Positions 10,135 to 19,168 of a stretch of DNA of 64,000 bases are shown here, one piece after another. The stretch's first letter is position 1. Each line of letters begins with the position of its first letter. Under the pieces are notes generated by a model that worked only from the letters and a program-made list of their open reading frames with translations, ran no database searches and was not told the origin of the DNA. The position numbers were made by a program, and so were the translations under genes. The DNA comes from Myxococcota bacterium (lineage in GTDB: Bacteria; Myxococcota; JACRCW01), in NCBI GenBank assembly GCA_040752415.1, contig JBFMGU010000021.1, positions 1 through 64,000 of the forward strand, given 5' to 3'.

Positions 10135-10258
10135 AAGGAAGTCAGGAGTCAGAAGTCAGAAGGGGGAAGACGATGGAATGGCCGATGGGAAACAGAAGTT
10201 GGAACTCGAGCTCCGGTAGGGCGCGCGCCCATTCCGACTTCTGACTCCTGACTTCCTT
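10135..10258. repeat. Heptamer (AGTCAGR)n inverted-repeat element
   Basis: AAGGA(AGTCAGG)(AGTCAGA)2A, 70-nt spacer, then the near-perfect reverse complement followed by a T-tract; lies between gspE and gspF. Confidence 0.9.
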
Positions 10259-10288
10259 TTGTCTTTTGCTGTAACCCCGAGGTGAGCC

Positions 10289-11557
10289 GTGCCGGTCTAT
10301 GAATTCCGCGGATTCGATACCGCCGGAAAAGCGATCAAGGGGGTCCGTGAGGCGGACAGCCCCAAGACGCTGCGCGCGCTGCTGCGCAAGGACGGCGTGC
10401 TGCTCACCGACGTGTTCGAGGAGCAGGCCAAGGGCAAGAAGAAGTCCGCGCTGGCCGGCAAGCAGGTGGGTGAGAAGGGCCTGGCCCAGATGGAGGTGGA
10501 TCTGGGCAGCGTGTTCGGCGCGCGCGTCTCCATGGAGGAGGTGGCGGTGGCCACGCGCCAACTGGCCACGCTCCTGGGCGCCGGCATCCCGCTCGTCGAC
10601 AGTCTCACCGCGCTGGTGGAGCAGGTGGAGAACAAGGGCTTCAAGCGCGTGCTCAGCGACATCAAGCAGCGCGTGAACGAAGGTACCTCCCTGGCCAGCG
10701 CCATGGAGGCGCACCCCAAGGTCTTCACGCCGCTGTTCGTGAACATGATCCGCGCGGGTGAGAGCAGCGGTGCGCTCGACGTGGTGCTGATGCGCCTGGC
10801 CGACTTCACCGAGGGTCAGAGCCGGCTGCGCGGCAAGATCCTGGGCACGCTCATGTATCCCGCCATCATGGTGCTGGTGGGCGTGGGTATTCTCGCCATC
10901 CTCTTCACCGTCGTCATTCCGCGCATCACGCTCATCTTCAAGAACGCCAACGCGCAGCTCCCCATCCAGACGCGCATCCTCATCTGGAGCAGCGAGATGA
11001 TGCGTGACTGGTGGTTCATTGTCCTGCCGGTGGCCATCCTGGGCGGGTGGCTCACGTTCCGGTGGTTCAAGACCGCCTCAGGGCGCGCGTTCTACGACCG
11101 CATGGTCCTGCGCATGCCCATCTTCGGGTTGATTGTGCGCATGCTCGCCGTGGCGCGGTTTGCGCGCACGCTGGGTACGTTGCTCAGCTCCGGCGTGCAG
11201 CTCCTCACCGCGTTGGACATCGTCAAGAACATCGTCAACAACGGCGTCATCTCCAAGGCCATCGAGCAGGCCCGCGACTCCATCCGCGAAGGCGAGCCCG
11301 TGGCCACCCCGCTCAAGCGCAGCGGCCAGTTCCCGCCCATCGTGATCCACATGATCACCATCGGCGAGAAGAGCGGTCAGCTGGAGCCCATGCTCTTCAA
11401 GGTGGCGGAGTCCTACGAGACCCAGGTGGAGGTCCGCGTGGGCATGCTCACCACGCTGCTGGAGCCGGTGATGATCCTGATCATGGGTGGCGTCGTGGGA
11501 TTCATTGTCTTTTCCATCCTGATGCCCATCCTGCAGCTCAACCAGTTCGTGAAGTGA
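10289..11557 (+). CDS. gspF: Type II secretion inner-membrane platform protein GspF
   Basis: TRQLATLLGAGIPLVDSL, MIRAGESSGALD, GEKSGQLEPML, LLEPVMIL: two T2SSF domains. Confidence 0.96.
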   Translation: MPVYEFRGFDTAGKAIKGVREADSPKTLRALLRKDGVLLTDVFEEQAKGKKKSALAGKQVGEKGLAQMEVDLGSVFGARVSMEEVAVATRQLATLLGAGIPLVDSLTALVEQVENKGFKRVLSDIKQRVNEGTSLASAMEAHPKVFTPLFVNMIRAGESSGALDVVLMRLADFTEGQSRLRGKILGTLMYPAIMVLVGVGILAILFTVVIPRITLIFKNANAQLPIQTRILIWSSEMMRDWWFIVLPVAILGGWLTFRWFKTASGRAFYDRMVLRMPIFGLIVRMLAVARFARTLGTLLSSGVQLLTALDIVKNIVNNGVISKAIEQARDSIREGEPVATPLKRSGQFPPIVIHMITIGEKSGQLEPMLFKVAESYETQVEVRVGMLTTLLEPVMILIMGGVVGFIVFSILMPILQLNQFVK

Positions 11558-11571
11558 CAAGGAGTCGGAAC

Positions 11572-12036
11572 ATGGAAACCGTCGAGATGACCAACGTTGA
11601 AGTGCCGCAGCAGCAGCCCGCGAAGAAGAAGCGCAAGAAGGCGCGCGGCATGACCCTCATCGAGATCATGGTGGTGATCACGCTGCTGGGCCTCATTGCC
11701 GCGGCCGTGGGCGTGGCGGCGATGAACATGCTTGTGAAGGGGCAGAGTGACTCGGCGCGGACGCAGGCCTACGAGATTGCGAAGGCCATGGACACCTACA
11801 AGGTGATGTACGGCCGCTACCCGACGAACAGCGAGGGCCTCAACGCACTCACCACCCCGCCGGGCGGCGGCAAGCCGATCATGGAGCGCATCCCCAAGGA
11901 CCCCTGGGGTGGCGATTACATCTACGTGATCCCCGGCGTGAAGAACCCCAGCAAGTTCGACGTTCGCTCCAACGGTGAAGACCGCACCGAGGGCGGCGGC
12001 GACGACGTGGGCAACTGGCCGCAGGAAGGTGGCTGA
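11572..12036 (+). CDS. gspG: Major pseudopilin GspG
   Basis: Prepilin site G|MTLIEIMVVI; GRYPTNSEGLNAL and PKDPWGGDYIY; AAGGAG RBS upstream. Confidence 0.93.
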   Translation: METVEMTNVEVPQQQPAKKKRKKARGMTLIEIMVVITLLGLIAAAVGVAAMNMLVKGQSDSARTQAYEIAKAMDTYKVMYGRYPTNSEGLNALTTPPGGGKPIMERIPKDPWGGDYIYVIPGVKNPSKFDVRSNGEDRTEGGGDDVGNWPQEGG

Positions 12037-12041
12037 GCGCA

Positions 12042-12761
12042 ATGTCCCGCAGGCCCACGCGCACACCTGGCAGGAAGCAGCCCCGCGGCTTCACGCTGAT
12101 TGAGCTCAGCGTGGCCCTGCTTCTCGTGGGTCTGCTCATTGGCATTGGCCTCCCCGCCGTGGGCGCGGTCACCGCCGCGGGCCTGCGTCAGAGCGCGGGG
12201 CAGATTGCCGGCATCTCGCGGGAAGCCTACGCGCGCGCCGCCATCAGCGGAAAACCGCACCGCCTGGTCATGGACCTCGACGAGCAGACCTTCTGGCTCG
12301 AAGTTGCTTCGGACCACTTCGTCCTGGAGGCGGAGAAGACGAAGCAGCTCACCGAGGCGGAAATCAAGGCGCAGAAGGAAGGCGGAGGTGCGGGTCAGGG
12401 CCTGGGTGGTGGTCGGAGCCGCATCCTGGCCACCAGTGAGCGCGACCTCGACGAGGGAGAGCGCCTGCGCCTGGAGGTGACGCGTGGTCCCACGTGGAGC
12501 CCGGTGGAGGATGAGCTGGGCCAGCCGCACCGCCTTCCCTCCGAGTGCGCCTTCGAGAAGGTGTGGGTGGCCCACCAGGCGGAAGCCTTCGTGCGGGGGC
12601 AGAGCCACCTGTACTTCTGGCCCGCCGGTCACGCCGAGAGCGCCGTCATCCGCCTCACCGACGACGAGGAGAACGCCAGCCGCGTCATCAGCGTCAAGGT
12701 CAATGGACTGACCGGGCGCTCCGCCGTGTTGGACAAGGCCGTGGAGATTCCGAGCACATGA
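12042..12761 (+). CDS. gspH: Minor pseudopilin GspH-like
   Basis: RG|FTLIELSVALLLVGL prepilin motif; position after gspG. Confidence 0.8.
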   Translation: MSRRPTRTPGRKQPRGFTLIELSVALLLVGLLIGIGLPAVGAVTAAGLRQSAGQIAGISREAYARAAISGKPHRLVMDLDEQTFWLEVASDHFVLEAEKTKQLTEAEIKAQKEGGGAGQGLGGGRSRILATSERDLDEGERLRLEVTRGPTWSPVEDELGQPHRLPSECAFEKVWVAHQAEAFVRGQSHLYFWPAGHAESAVIRLTDDEENASRVISVKVNGLTGRSAVLDKAVEIPST

Positions 12762-13588
12762 AACGCGCGCGCGGATTCACGCTCCTGGAGGTCATGGTGG
12801 CCCTCGCCATTCTCGGCGTGGGCTTCATGGCGCTCATGGAAGCGCACGGCCGCGCCGCGCTGGCCACGCTGGATGCACGCAACGTCACCATCGGGACCTT
12901 CCTGGCCCGCGGCAAGATGCTCGACGTGGAATACGAGCTGAAGAAGGACGGCTTTGGTGACTACGACCTCGCCATTGAAGGCGACTTCAGCGAGGAGGGC
13001 TACCCGGACTTCAAGTACTCCGCCACGGCGCGTAAGATCGAGATTCCCGTCGGACAGCTGGGTGATTCCGCGGGACAGCTGGGGACGTTGACCTCGCTGC
13101 TGGGTGAAGGCGCGGGCGGTGCCACGGAGAGCGCGCTGGGCAGCAGCGAGAACGCGCCCAACCTGGGCATGCTCACCCCCATCTTCACCATTGCCAGCGA
13201 CATCTTTGGCGCGTGCACGCGTGAGGTGACGTTGGTGGTGACCTTCCCGCCCACCGGTCGCCTGCCGGACATGAAGGTCACCACGCACATGGTGGACGAC
13301 GTGTGCCTGGCGCGTGAGATGGCCAAGATCCCCGGCGTGCCCGGGCTCCCCGGTCTGCCCGGCGGGCTTCCGCCTGGCGCGCTGCCGCCTGGTGCCACGC
13401 CGCCGGGAGCCACGCCGCCGGGAAGCACGCCCCCGCCCAGCTCCAGTGACAAGGGTGGCGGCGGTGGATTCAACCCGCCCAGCGGCGACAAGGGCGGCGG
13501 TGGTGGCTTCAATCCGCCCGGCGGCCCGGGTGGTCGCGGTGGATTCCCCGGCGGCATCACTCCGCCCAAGGGAGGTCCGTTCAAATGA
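12758..13588 (+). CDS. gspI: Minor pseudopilin GspI-like with long Pro/Gly-rich tail
   Basis: RG|FTLLEVMVALAILG; ATGA overlap with gspH. Confidence 0.8.
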   Translation: MKRARGFTLLEVMVALAILGVGFMALMEAHGRAALATLDARNVTIGTFLARGKMLDVEYELKKDGFGDYDLAIEGDFSEEGYPDFKYSATARKIEIPVGQLGDSAGQLGTLTSLLGEGAGGATESALGSSENAPNLGMLTPIFTIASDIFGACTREVTLVVTFPPTGRLPDMKVTTHMVDDVCLAREMAKIPGVPGLPGLPGGLPPGALPPGATPPGATPPGSTPPPSSSDKGGGGGFNPPSGDKGGGGGFNPPGGPGGRGGFPGGITPPKGGPFK

Positions 13589-14277
13589 GCGCGACCTCTC
13601 CTGCCTCTCGGCGACGACGTGCGCGCGGCTTCTCCATCATGGAGATCCTGATTGCCGCCACGTTGCTCTCGATCATGGGAGCGCTGTTGTGGAGCTCCTT
13701 CTCCAGCACGCTGGACTCCAAGGAGCGCATCGAGGCGGCCACCGACCGCATGGATGAGCTGCGCCTGGCAATGAGTCGCATGGCCAACGAGATCAGCCAC
13801 GCGTTCATCTCCCAGCACTACTGGCGTGAGGAGCGGAGGACCAAGACGCTCTTCAAGGAAGGCGGCAGCGGCATTGGTGACCGCCTCACCTTCAGCGCTT
13901 TCACGCACCAGCCCATGGTGGCCAACGCCAATGAGAGCGACCAGGCCATCATCGCGTTCTACGTCGACACCGACCCGGACAACGGCTCCCAGTCCGCGCT
14001 GTTCCGCTCCATCAAGCGGCGCATTGATGAGGACCCCGAGCACGAGGAGGGCGCGCTGGAGGAAGTGCTGTGCACCAACGTGCAGGAGGTCCGCTTCGAG
14101 TACTGGAATGAAGCGCTCTCCGACTGGCGCGACACCTGGGACACCGAGGGCGTGGACACGCCGAACGTGCTTCCCCGTCGCGTGCGCATCACGCTGACCG
14201 CCAAGGACGAGACCAACCGCGAAGTGAAGCTCACCACCCAGACCTCCATCCTGCTCTGGCAGATCCTGGCCTTCTGA
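13585..14277 (+). CDS. gspJ: Minor pseudopilin GspJ
   Basis: RG|FSIMEILIAA; C-terminal W..TWD....LPRRVRITL typical of GspJ. Confidence 0.85.
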   Translation: MSATSPASRRRRARGFSIMEILIAATLLSIMGALLWSSFSSTLDSKERIEAATDRMDELRLAMSRMANEISHAFISQHYWREERRTKTLFKEGGSGIGDRLTFSAFTHQPMVANANESDQAIIAFYVDTDPDNGSQSALFRSIKRRIDEDPEHEEGALEEVLCTNVQEVRFEYWNEALSDWRDTWDTEGVDTPNVLPRRVRITLTAKDETNREVKLTTQTSILLWQILAF

Positions 14278-15632
14278 TGACCCCGCGCGCTGCCCTCACC
14301 CGCCTGAAAGAGGCGCTGCTCAAGGAGCGGCGGATCGGCAAGCGTCGTGAGCCGCGGGGCGTGGCCCTGCTCATGGTGCTGGTGGCCCTGGCGACGATGA
14401 GCGCGGTCATTGCCGACTTCAGCTACAGCCAGCAGGTGAAGCTCACCCTGGCCATGCGGGAGCGCGACCACCTCAAGGCGCAGTACCTGGCGCGCGGCGG
14501 CGCGGAGATGGGTCGCATCCTGCTGGCGTTCCAGGACCAGATCCAGCCGCTGCTGGACTTTGCCGTCGACACCATGAAGATCCCGCTGCCCGGCTTCACC
14601 GTGTGGCAGCTCATCCCGCTGGACAGCGACCTCCTGCGCGCCTTTGTCTCCGGGCAGATCCAGGAGGCGCTGGGCTTCACCATTGACCGCGACGAGGCGC
14701 GCGAGAAGGTGCGCAAGGTGGTCAAGGAGGTCCGAAGCGAGAGCGAAGGGAACTCGAAGGAGGAGGAAGAGGCCGCCAGCCCCGAGGACAACGGGTTCGG
14801 CAACTTTGACGGCATGTTCCGGGTGGAGATCGAGGACGAGGACAGCAAGCTCTCGCTCCGGCCCGCCAGCGACCAGACCGCGCAGTCCAAGGCCAAGAAG
14901 CAGACCCTCCGCCACCGCCTGCTCAGCCTGGTGGCCCAGCCCAAGTACGACTTCATGTTCGAGGAGACCGACGGGAACAACCAGCGCCTGGACCGCTTTG
15001 ACTTCGTGGGCGCCATCTTTGACTGGGTGGACGACGACCGCGAGAAGGTGGAGATGCGCGTGGAAGACCGCTTCCCCATGGACAAGGGCGGCGACGAGGA
15101 CAGCTTCTACGATAGCCTGGACGACCGCTACAAGACGAAGAACGCCTATTTCGACAGCCACGACGAGGTCCGCCTGGTGGCAGGCATGGACGACACGAAG
15201 TGGAAGGTGTTCGGCCCCGCCATCTCCATCCACGCCGACGGGCTGGTGAACATCAAGAGCGCCACCAACGCCGTGGTGCTGGAGGGGCTCATTGCCACGT
15301 GCGCGGAGCCGCCGCTGCAGTATCAGAACGTGGATGCGTTCTGGATGCAGGACCGCATCCGCTTCTGGAACTTCATCCGCACCGAGGGCCTGGCCACCGG
15401 CATGGGCACGGTCAACCCCGACGGGTTTGCCACCATGCTCACGGTGCCCTCACTGCAGAACCTGCCCGGCATTGGCATCAACAAGGACCGTTGCAAGGCG
15501 GCCATGAAGACCAAGAGCGAAGTCTTCACCATGCGCATCCGCGCCGAGGTGGGCGAGGCGGCAATCACGCGCACGGTGACGTTGCGAATCTTCCAGGGTC
15601 GTCCGGAGTACTGGTATTTCCGCGAGGAGTAG
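14277..15632 (+). CDS. gspK: Minor pseudopilin GspK
   Basis: RG|VALLMVLVAL (no Glu5), IEDEDSKL, IFDWVDDD, KNAYFDSHDEVRLVAG. Confidence 0.9.
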   Translation: MTPRAALTRLKEALLKERRIGKRREPRGVALLMVLVALATMSAVIADFSYSQQVKLTLAMRERDHLKAQYLARGGAEMGRILLAFQDQIQPLLDFAVDTMKIPLPGFTVWQLIPLDSDLLRAFVSGQIQEALGFTIDRDEAREKVRKVVKEVRSESEGNSKEEEEAASPEDNGFGNFDGMFRVEIEDEDSKLSLRPASDQTAQSKAKKQTLRHRLLSLVAQPKYDFMFEETDGNNQRLDRFDFVGAIFDWVDDDREKVEMRVEDRFPMDKGGDEDSFYDSLDDRYKTKNAYFDSHDEVRLVAGMDDTKWKVFGPAISIHADGLVNIKSATNAVVLEGLIATCAEPPLQYQNVDAFWMQDRIRFWNFIRTEGLATGMGTVNPDGFATMLTVPSLQNLPGIGINKDRCKAAMKTKSEVFTMRIRAEVGEAAITRTVTLRIFQGRPEYWYFREE

Positions 15633-15634
15633 GC

Positions 15635-17341
15635 ATGGCGCAGCTGATCATTGGCCTCGACATGGGGGCCTACAGCATCAAGGTGGTAGGACTGGAGCGC
15701 GCCATGCGTGGTGGCTTCCTCCCCGTCTTCTTTGACGAGGAGCGCGTGGGCCACGACGTGGACGGTGAGGGCAAGCTGCTCCCGTACCCGGAGCGCGCAC
15801 GCAAGGCGCTGGATGCGTTGAAGGCCCGCGGCCGGCTGCGCGCGGACATCCTGGTCACCGGGCTCCCGGGTGACCTGGCCACCAGCCGCCTCATCGCCCT
15901 GCCGTTCTCCGACCCCAAGAAGATTGCCATGACGCTGCCCTTTGAGCTGGAGGCAGCGGTGCCCTTTGACCTGGAGGAGGTGGTGTTTGACTCCTCCATC
16001 CTGTCCAAGACCGACGGAGAGGGCGTCGACGTCCTCGTCGGCCTGGCCAAGAAGCAGCAGGTGCAGGAGTTCCTGGAGCTGCTCACCGGCGTGGGCGCGG
16101 AGCCGCGCTACATCGAGCTGGAAGCGCTGGCGCTGGACCACCTGCGCACCCACTTCACGCAGATGCACGAGAAGGCCGAGCCCGCGGTGGTCACCCCCGG
16201 CGGCACGGTGATCCAGACCGGTCCGGGCGCGCTGCCGTCGGGAACGGCCATCGTCGACATCGGTGCTTCCCGCGTCACGGTGTCCGTCAGCGCCGGTGAG
16301 GAGGTCATTGCCGCGCGCACCATCCTGCGCGGTGGCGACGATCTCACGCGCGCACTGGCCAAGGAGTTCGGCCTCTCGCTCGAGGAGGCGGAGAAAGGGA
16401 AGGTCAAGGAGGCGTACCTGGAGACGCAGGACGCGCCGGCGGTCTATCCCGAGCAGCAGCGCATCTCGAACTCCCTGCGCGCCGCCCTGGCCCCGCTGGT
16501 GCGCGAGCTGCGTCAGACGTTCCAGGGCGTGGTGGCGCGTCGTCGGGTGCGCATCACGCGCGTGTTCCTCAGCGGCGGCGGCGCGCGCATCCCCAACCTG
16601 GACCGCTGGCTGGCGCGCGAGCTGAACATCCAGGTGCAGATGCTCCCGGGCATGGGCCAGGCGCTGGGGCCGGCGCTGCCGCCTTCCACCGAGGCCAGCC
16701 CCGTCGAGGCGGGCGTGGTGCCGCAGGCGGCCAACGCCATGGCCTATGCGCTGAGCGGGCTGGCGGGTGCGCGGGCGCGTCGCATTGATTTCCGCCAGGG
16801 TGAGCTGGCCTACCGCGGTGACTTTGAATACGTGCGCGCCCGCGCGCCGCAGTTGGCCGCGGGGTTCATGTGCCTGGCCCTGCTGGGCGCGTTCAACGCG
16901 TACGCGCGGCACTTCGTCATCAGCCGCCAGGAAGCGGCCATCACGCAGAAGCAGCGCGACACCTGCAAGGCCATCCTGGGCCAGTCCATCGACAGCGCGG
17001 ACCGCTGCCTGGCCATCATGCGGGAGAAGATCAATCCCGGCGCCACCGGCGCGGCGGCCATCCCGCAACGCTCCGCCATGGACGCGTACATCCAGCTGGC
17101 GCTGCGCATGCCCAAGGACGTCACCGTCAAGGTGGACCAGCTGGACATCACCTCCGACAAGATCCGCGTGAAGGGTCGGACGGACACCTTCGAGAACGTC
17201 GACAAGATCGTGAAGTCCCTGGAAGGCGGCGAGTGCTTCAAGAAGGTGGAGAAGGGGCCGGCACGTCAGGAGAAGGAACAGGTGAGCTGGAGCGCCACGG
17301 TGGATCTGGAATGCCCCGCGGCGGGTGAGGTGCCGGGATGA
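15635..17341 (+). CDS. gspL: GspL (PilM-like actin-fold cytoplasmic domain + TM + periplasmic domain)
   Basis: IGLDMGAYSIKVV, IVDIGASRV, GGDDLTRALA, FLSGGGARIPNL actin-like motifs, then one TM; position in operon. Confidence 0.85.
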   Translation: MAQLIIGLDMGAYSIKVVGLERAMRGGFLPVFFDEERVGHDVDGEGKLLPYPERARKALDALKARGRLRADILVTGLPGDLATSRLIALPFSDPKKIAMTLPFELEAAVPFDLEEVVFDSSILSKTDGEGVDVLVGLAKKQQVQEFLELLTGVGAEPRYIELEALALDHLRTHFTQMHEKAEPAVVTPGGTVIQTGPGALPSGTAIVDIGASRVTVSVSAGEEVIAARTILRGGDDLTRALAKEFGLSLEEAEKGKVKEAYLETQDAPAVYPEQQRISNSLRAALAPLVRELRQTFQGVVARRRVRITRVFLSGGGARIPNLDRWLARELNIQVQMLPGMGQALGPALPPSTEASPVEAGVVPQAANAMAYALSGLAGARARRIDFRQGELAYRGDFEYVRARAPQLAAGFMCLALLGAFNAYARHFVISRQEAAITQKQRDTCKAILGQSIDSADRCLAIMREKINPGATGAAAIPQRSAMDAYIQLALRMPKDVTVKVDQLDITSDKIRVKGRTDTFENVDKIVKSLEGGECFKKVEKGPARQEKEQVSWSATVDLECPAAGEVPG

Positions 17342-18015
17342 GTGAGAACGTGGCCGCGACGCCGACGGCGGGCGGAGGTGGTGGTAGCGCCTTCAGCCGG
17401 CTCTCCAGTCGTGAACAGATCATGTTGGGCGTGCTGGGCGTGGTGCTGCTCTTGTTCCTGGTGGCCGGCATCACCTACGTGGTCTCCCGTCAGCTGGACC
17501 GCGCGGAGCGCCGGCTCAATGAGCGACGCGAGCAGCTCGCGCTCATCGAGGGGCTGGAGGGGAAGTACCGCGCCGCCGAGAGCGAGCAGGCGCAACAGCG
17601 CGCCAAGTTGCAGCGCAATCCCGTGCAGCTGTTCTCCCTGCTGCAGAAGAGCGCGGGTGAGCTGGGGCTCAAGCTGGACAACCTCAATGAGCGCAAGTCG
17701 GCCATCAAGGAGGCCGGCGTGGACGAGATCAGCGTCGACGTGACGCTCAAGGAGATGTCCATCACCAAGCTCAACAAGTTCCTGGAGAAGATGGAGGGCC
17801 CGCCCAACACCGGCCTGGTGAAGGTCACCAAGCTGAAGGTGAAGACGGGCTTCCAGAACGAGGACCTCCTCGACGTCAACATGACCGTCAGCACCTACCG
17901 CGCGCAGGGCGGCGGCACCGAGGAGGCGGCGGCCGGCACGCCGGCGGGAGAACCGGACCTGCCCACGGGTCTGCCGGGTGACGAGCCGCTGCCGGGCCTG
18001 GAGGACGTGCAATGA
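17338..18015 (+). CDS. gspM: GspM-like protein
   Basis: FSRLSSREQIML + TM + coiled coil + ferredoxin-like C-terminus; ATGA overlap with gspL. Confidence 0.8.
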   Translation: MSENVAATPTAGGGGGSAFSRLSSREQIMLGVLGVVLLLFLVAGITYVVSRQLDRAERRLNERREQLALIEGLEGKYRAAESEQAQQRAKLQRNPVQLFSLLQKSAGELGLKLDNLNERKSAIKEAGVDEISVDVTLKEMSITKLNKFLEKMEGPPNTGLVKVTKLKVKTGFQNEDLLDVNMTVSTYRAQGGGTEEAAAGTPAGEPDLPTGLPGDEPLPGLEDVQ

Positions 18016-18995
18016 AACGCCGCGTGCTGCTCACCGCGTTGGGCTACCCCGCGTTCTTCATGGGGTGCTTCCTGGTCAGCCTCTACCTGACCTTCCCCAT
18101 GAACCTGCTGCGCGGGCGCATCCTCGAGGAGATGACGCGCGCCCTCAACGCGCAGAAGAACCCCGGCCAGTACGGCAAGCCCGGCAAGGTCACCGCCGAG
18201 AACGTGGACCTCTACCGCTTCACTGGCGTGGAGTTCACCAACCTCGTCGTCACGCCGGTCACCACCAACCCCGACCCGGCCATTCCCTACGAGCTGGACA
18301 AGGTGCGCGTGCGCCTGCAGCTGTTGCCGCTCATCAAGAAGAACTTCGAGTTCGCGTTTGATGTGCGGGCCTATGACGGGCACGCGGAAGGCACCGTGGT
18401 GCTTGCGCAGGGCCTGCAGCAGCTCAAGGCGCTCACCGCCAGCGCGGACGGGATTGCGTGGGGCAAGATTGGAGTCGTGCGCGAGAAGCTCAAGGTGCCT
18501 GCGGAAGGCACCGTGGGTGGCAACGTCGACATGACGTTCGGGAAGGATGCCAAGGAGCACGCCGGCACCATCAAGATGAAGGGTGAGGCGCTGGCCATCG
18601 GGCCGGGTGAGCTCGCGGTGCCGGGCTTCGGGTCCTTGACGCTGCCGCACATCGACCTCGGGAAGCTCGACGGGGACATCAAGGTGGCGGAGGGCAAGAC
18701 CAGCGGGCCGCCCATGTCGCTCAACGGGAAGGACATCCAGGGACAGCTGGAGATGCCGCTGGCGCTGCGCAACCAGATCGACAACAGCACCATCAACAAC
18801 GGCGTGATGACCTTCAAGCTCGCCGACGAGTTCCTGAAGGCGAACCCGAAGTTCCAGCCGGTGTTCGACTTCACCCCGCAGCTCAAGCAGGCCAAGGACG
18901 AGGAGGGCGTGTACCACTTCCGTCTCAAGGGCACGCTGGGCAACCCGAGCCCCAAGCCGGACAAGGGCGCGAAGATCACCGCGGCCAAGGGCTAA
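18012..18995 (+). CDS. gspN: GspN-like protein
   Basis: N-terminal TM ending LYLTFP, beta-rich body, C-terminal FRLKGTLGNP; last gene of the cluster. Confidence 0.8.
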   Translation: MKRRVLLTALGYPAFFMGCFLVSLYLTFPMNLLRGRILEEMTRALNAQKNPGQYGKPGKVTAENVDLYRFTGVEFTNLVVTPVTTNPDPAIPYELDKVRVRLQLLPLIKKNFEFAFDVRAYDGHAEGTVVLAQGLQQLKALTASADGIAWGKIGVVREKLKVPAEGTVGGNVDMTFGKDAKEHAGTIKMKGEALAIGPGELAVPGFGSLTLPHIDLGKLDGDIKVAEGKTSGPPMSLNGKDIQGQLEMPLALRNQIDNSTINNGVMTFKLADEFLKANPKFQPVFDFTPQLKQAKDEEGVYHFRLKGTLGNPSPKPDKGAKITAAKG

Positions 18996-19047
18996 CGAAC
19001 AGACGCTAAGGCCGCTTCGGCGGGGCCTGAACGCCCTGGGTCGGAAT

Positions 19048-19077
19048 CAAGGCGGTATTTCAGACCGCGCTCCCAGG
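19048..19077. repeat. REP-like palindrome
   Basis: CAAGGCGGT-ATTTCAG-ACCGC-GCTCCCAGG resembles copies at 32948, 33044 and 49540; lies between convergent genes. Confidence 0.65.
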
Positions 19078-19168
19078 GTGCCGGCGTCGTGAACCACTCG
19101 CGCCAATGGCCGGCACGCGGTGATGCCCGTCGACGCTGCCCTGGCGCTGTTGCGCGTTGTGGACCCGG

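Noticed and set aside
15635..17341. Calling the cluster a type IV pilus locus because of the PilM-like domain
   Set aside because: Gene order C-D-E-F-G-H-I-J-K-L-M-N, a GspK and a GspD-type secretin, and no PilT indicate a T2SS. The missing prepilin peptidase is commonly encoded elsewhere.
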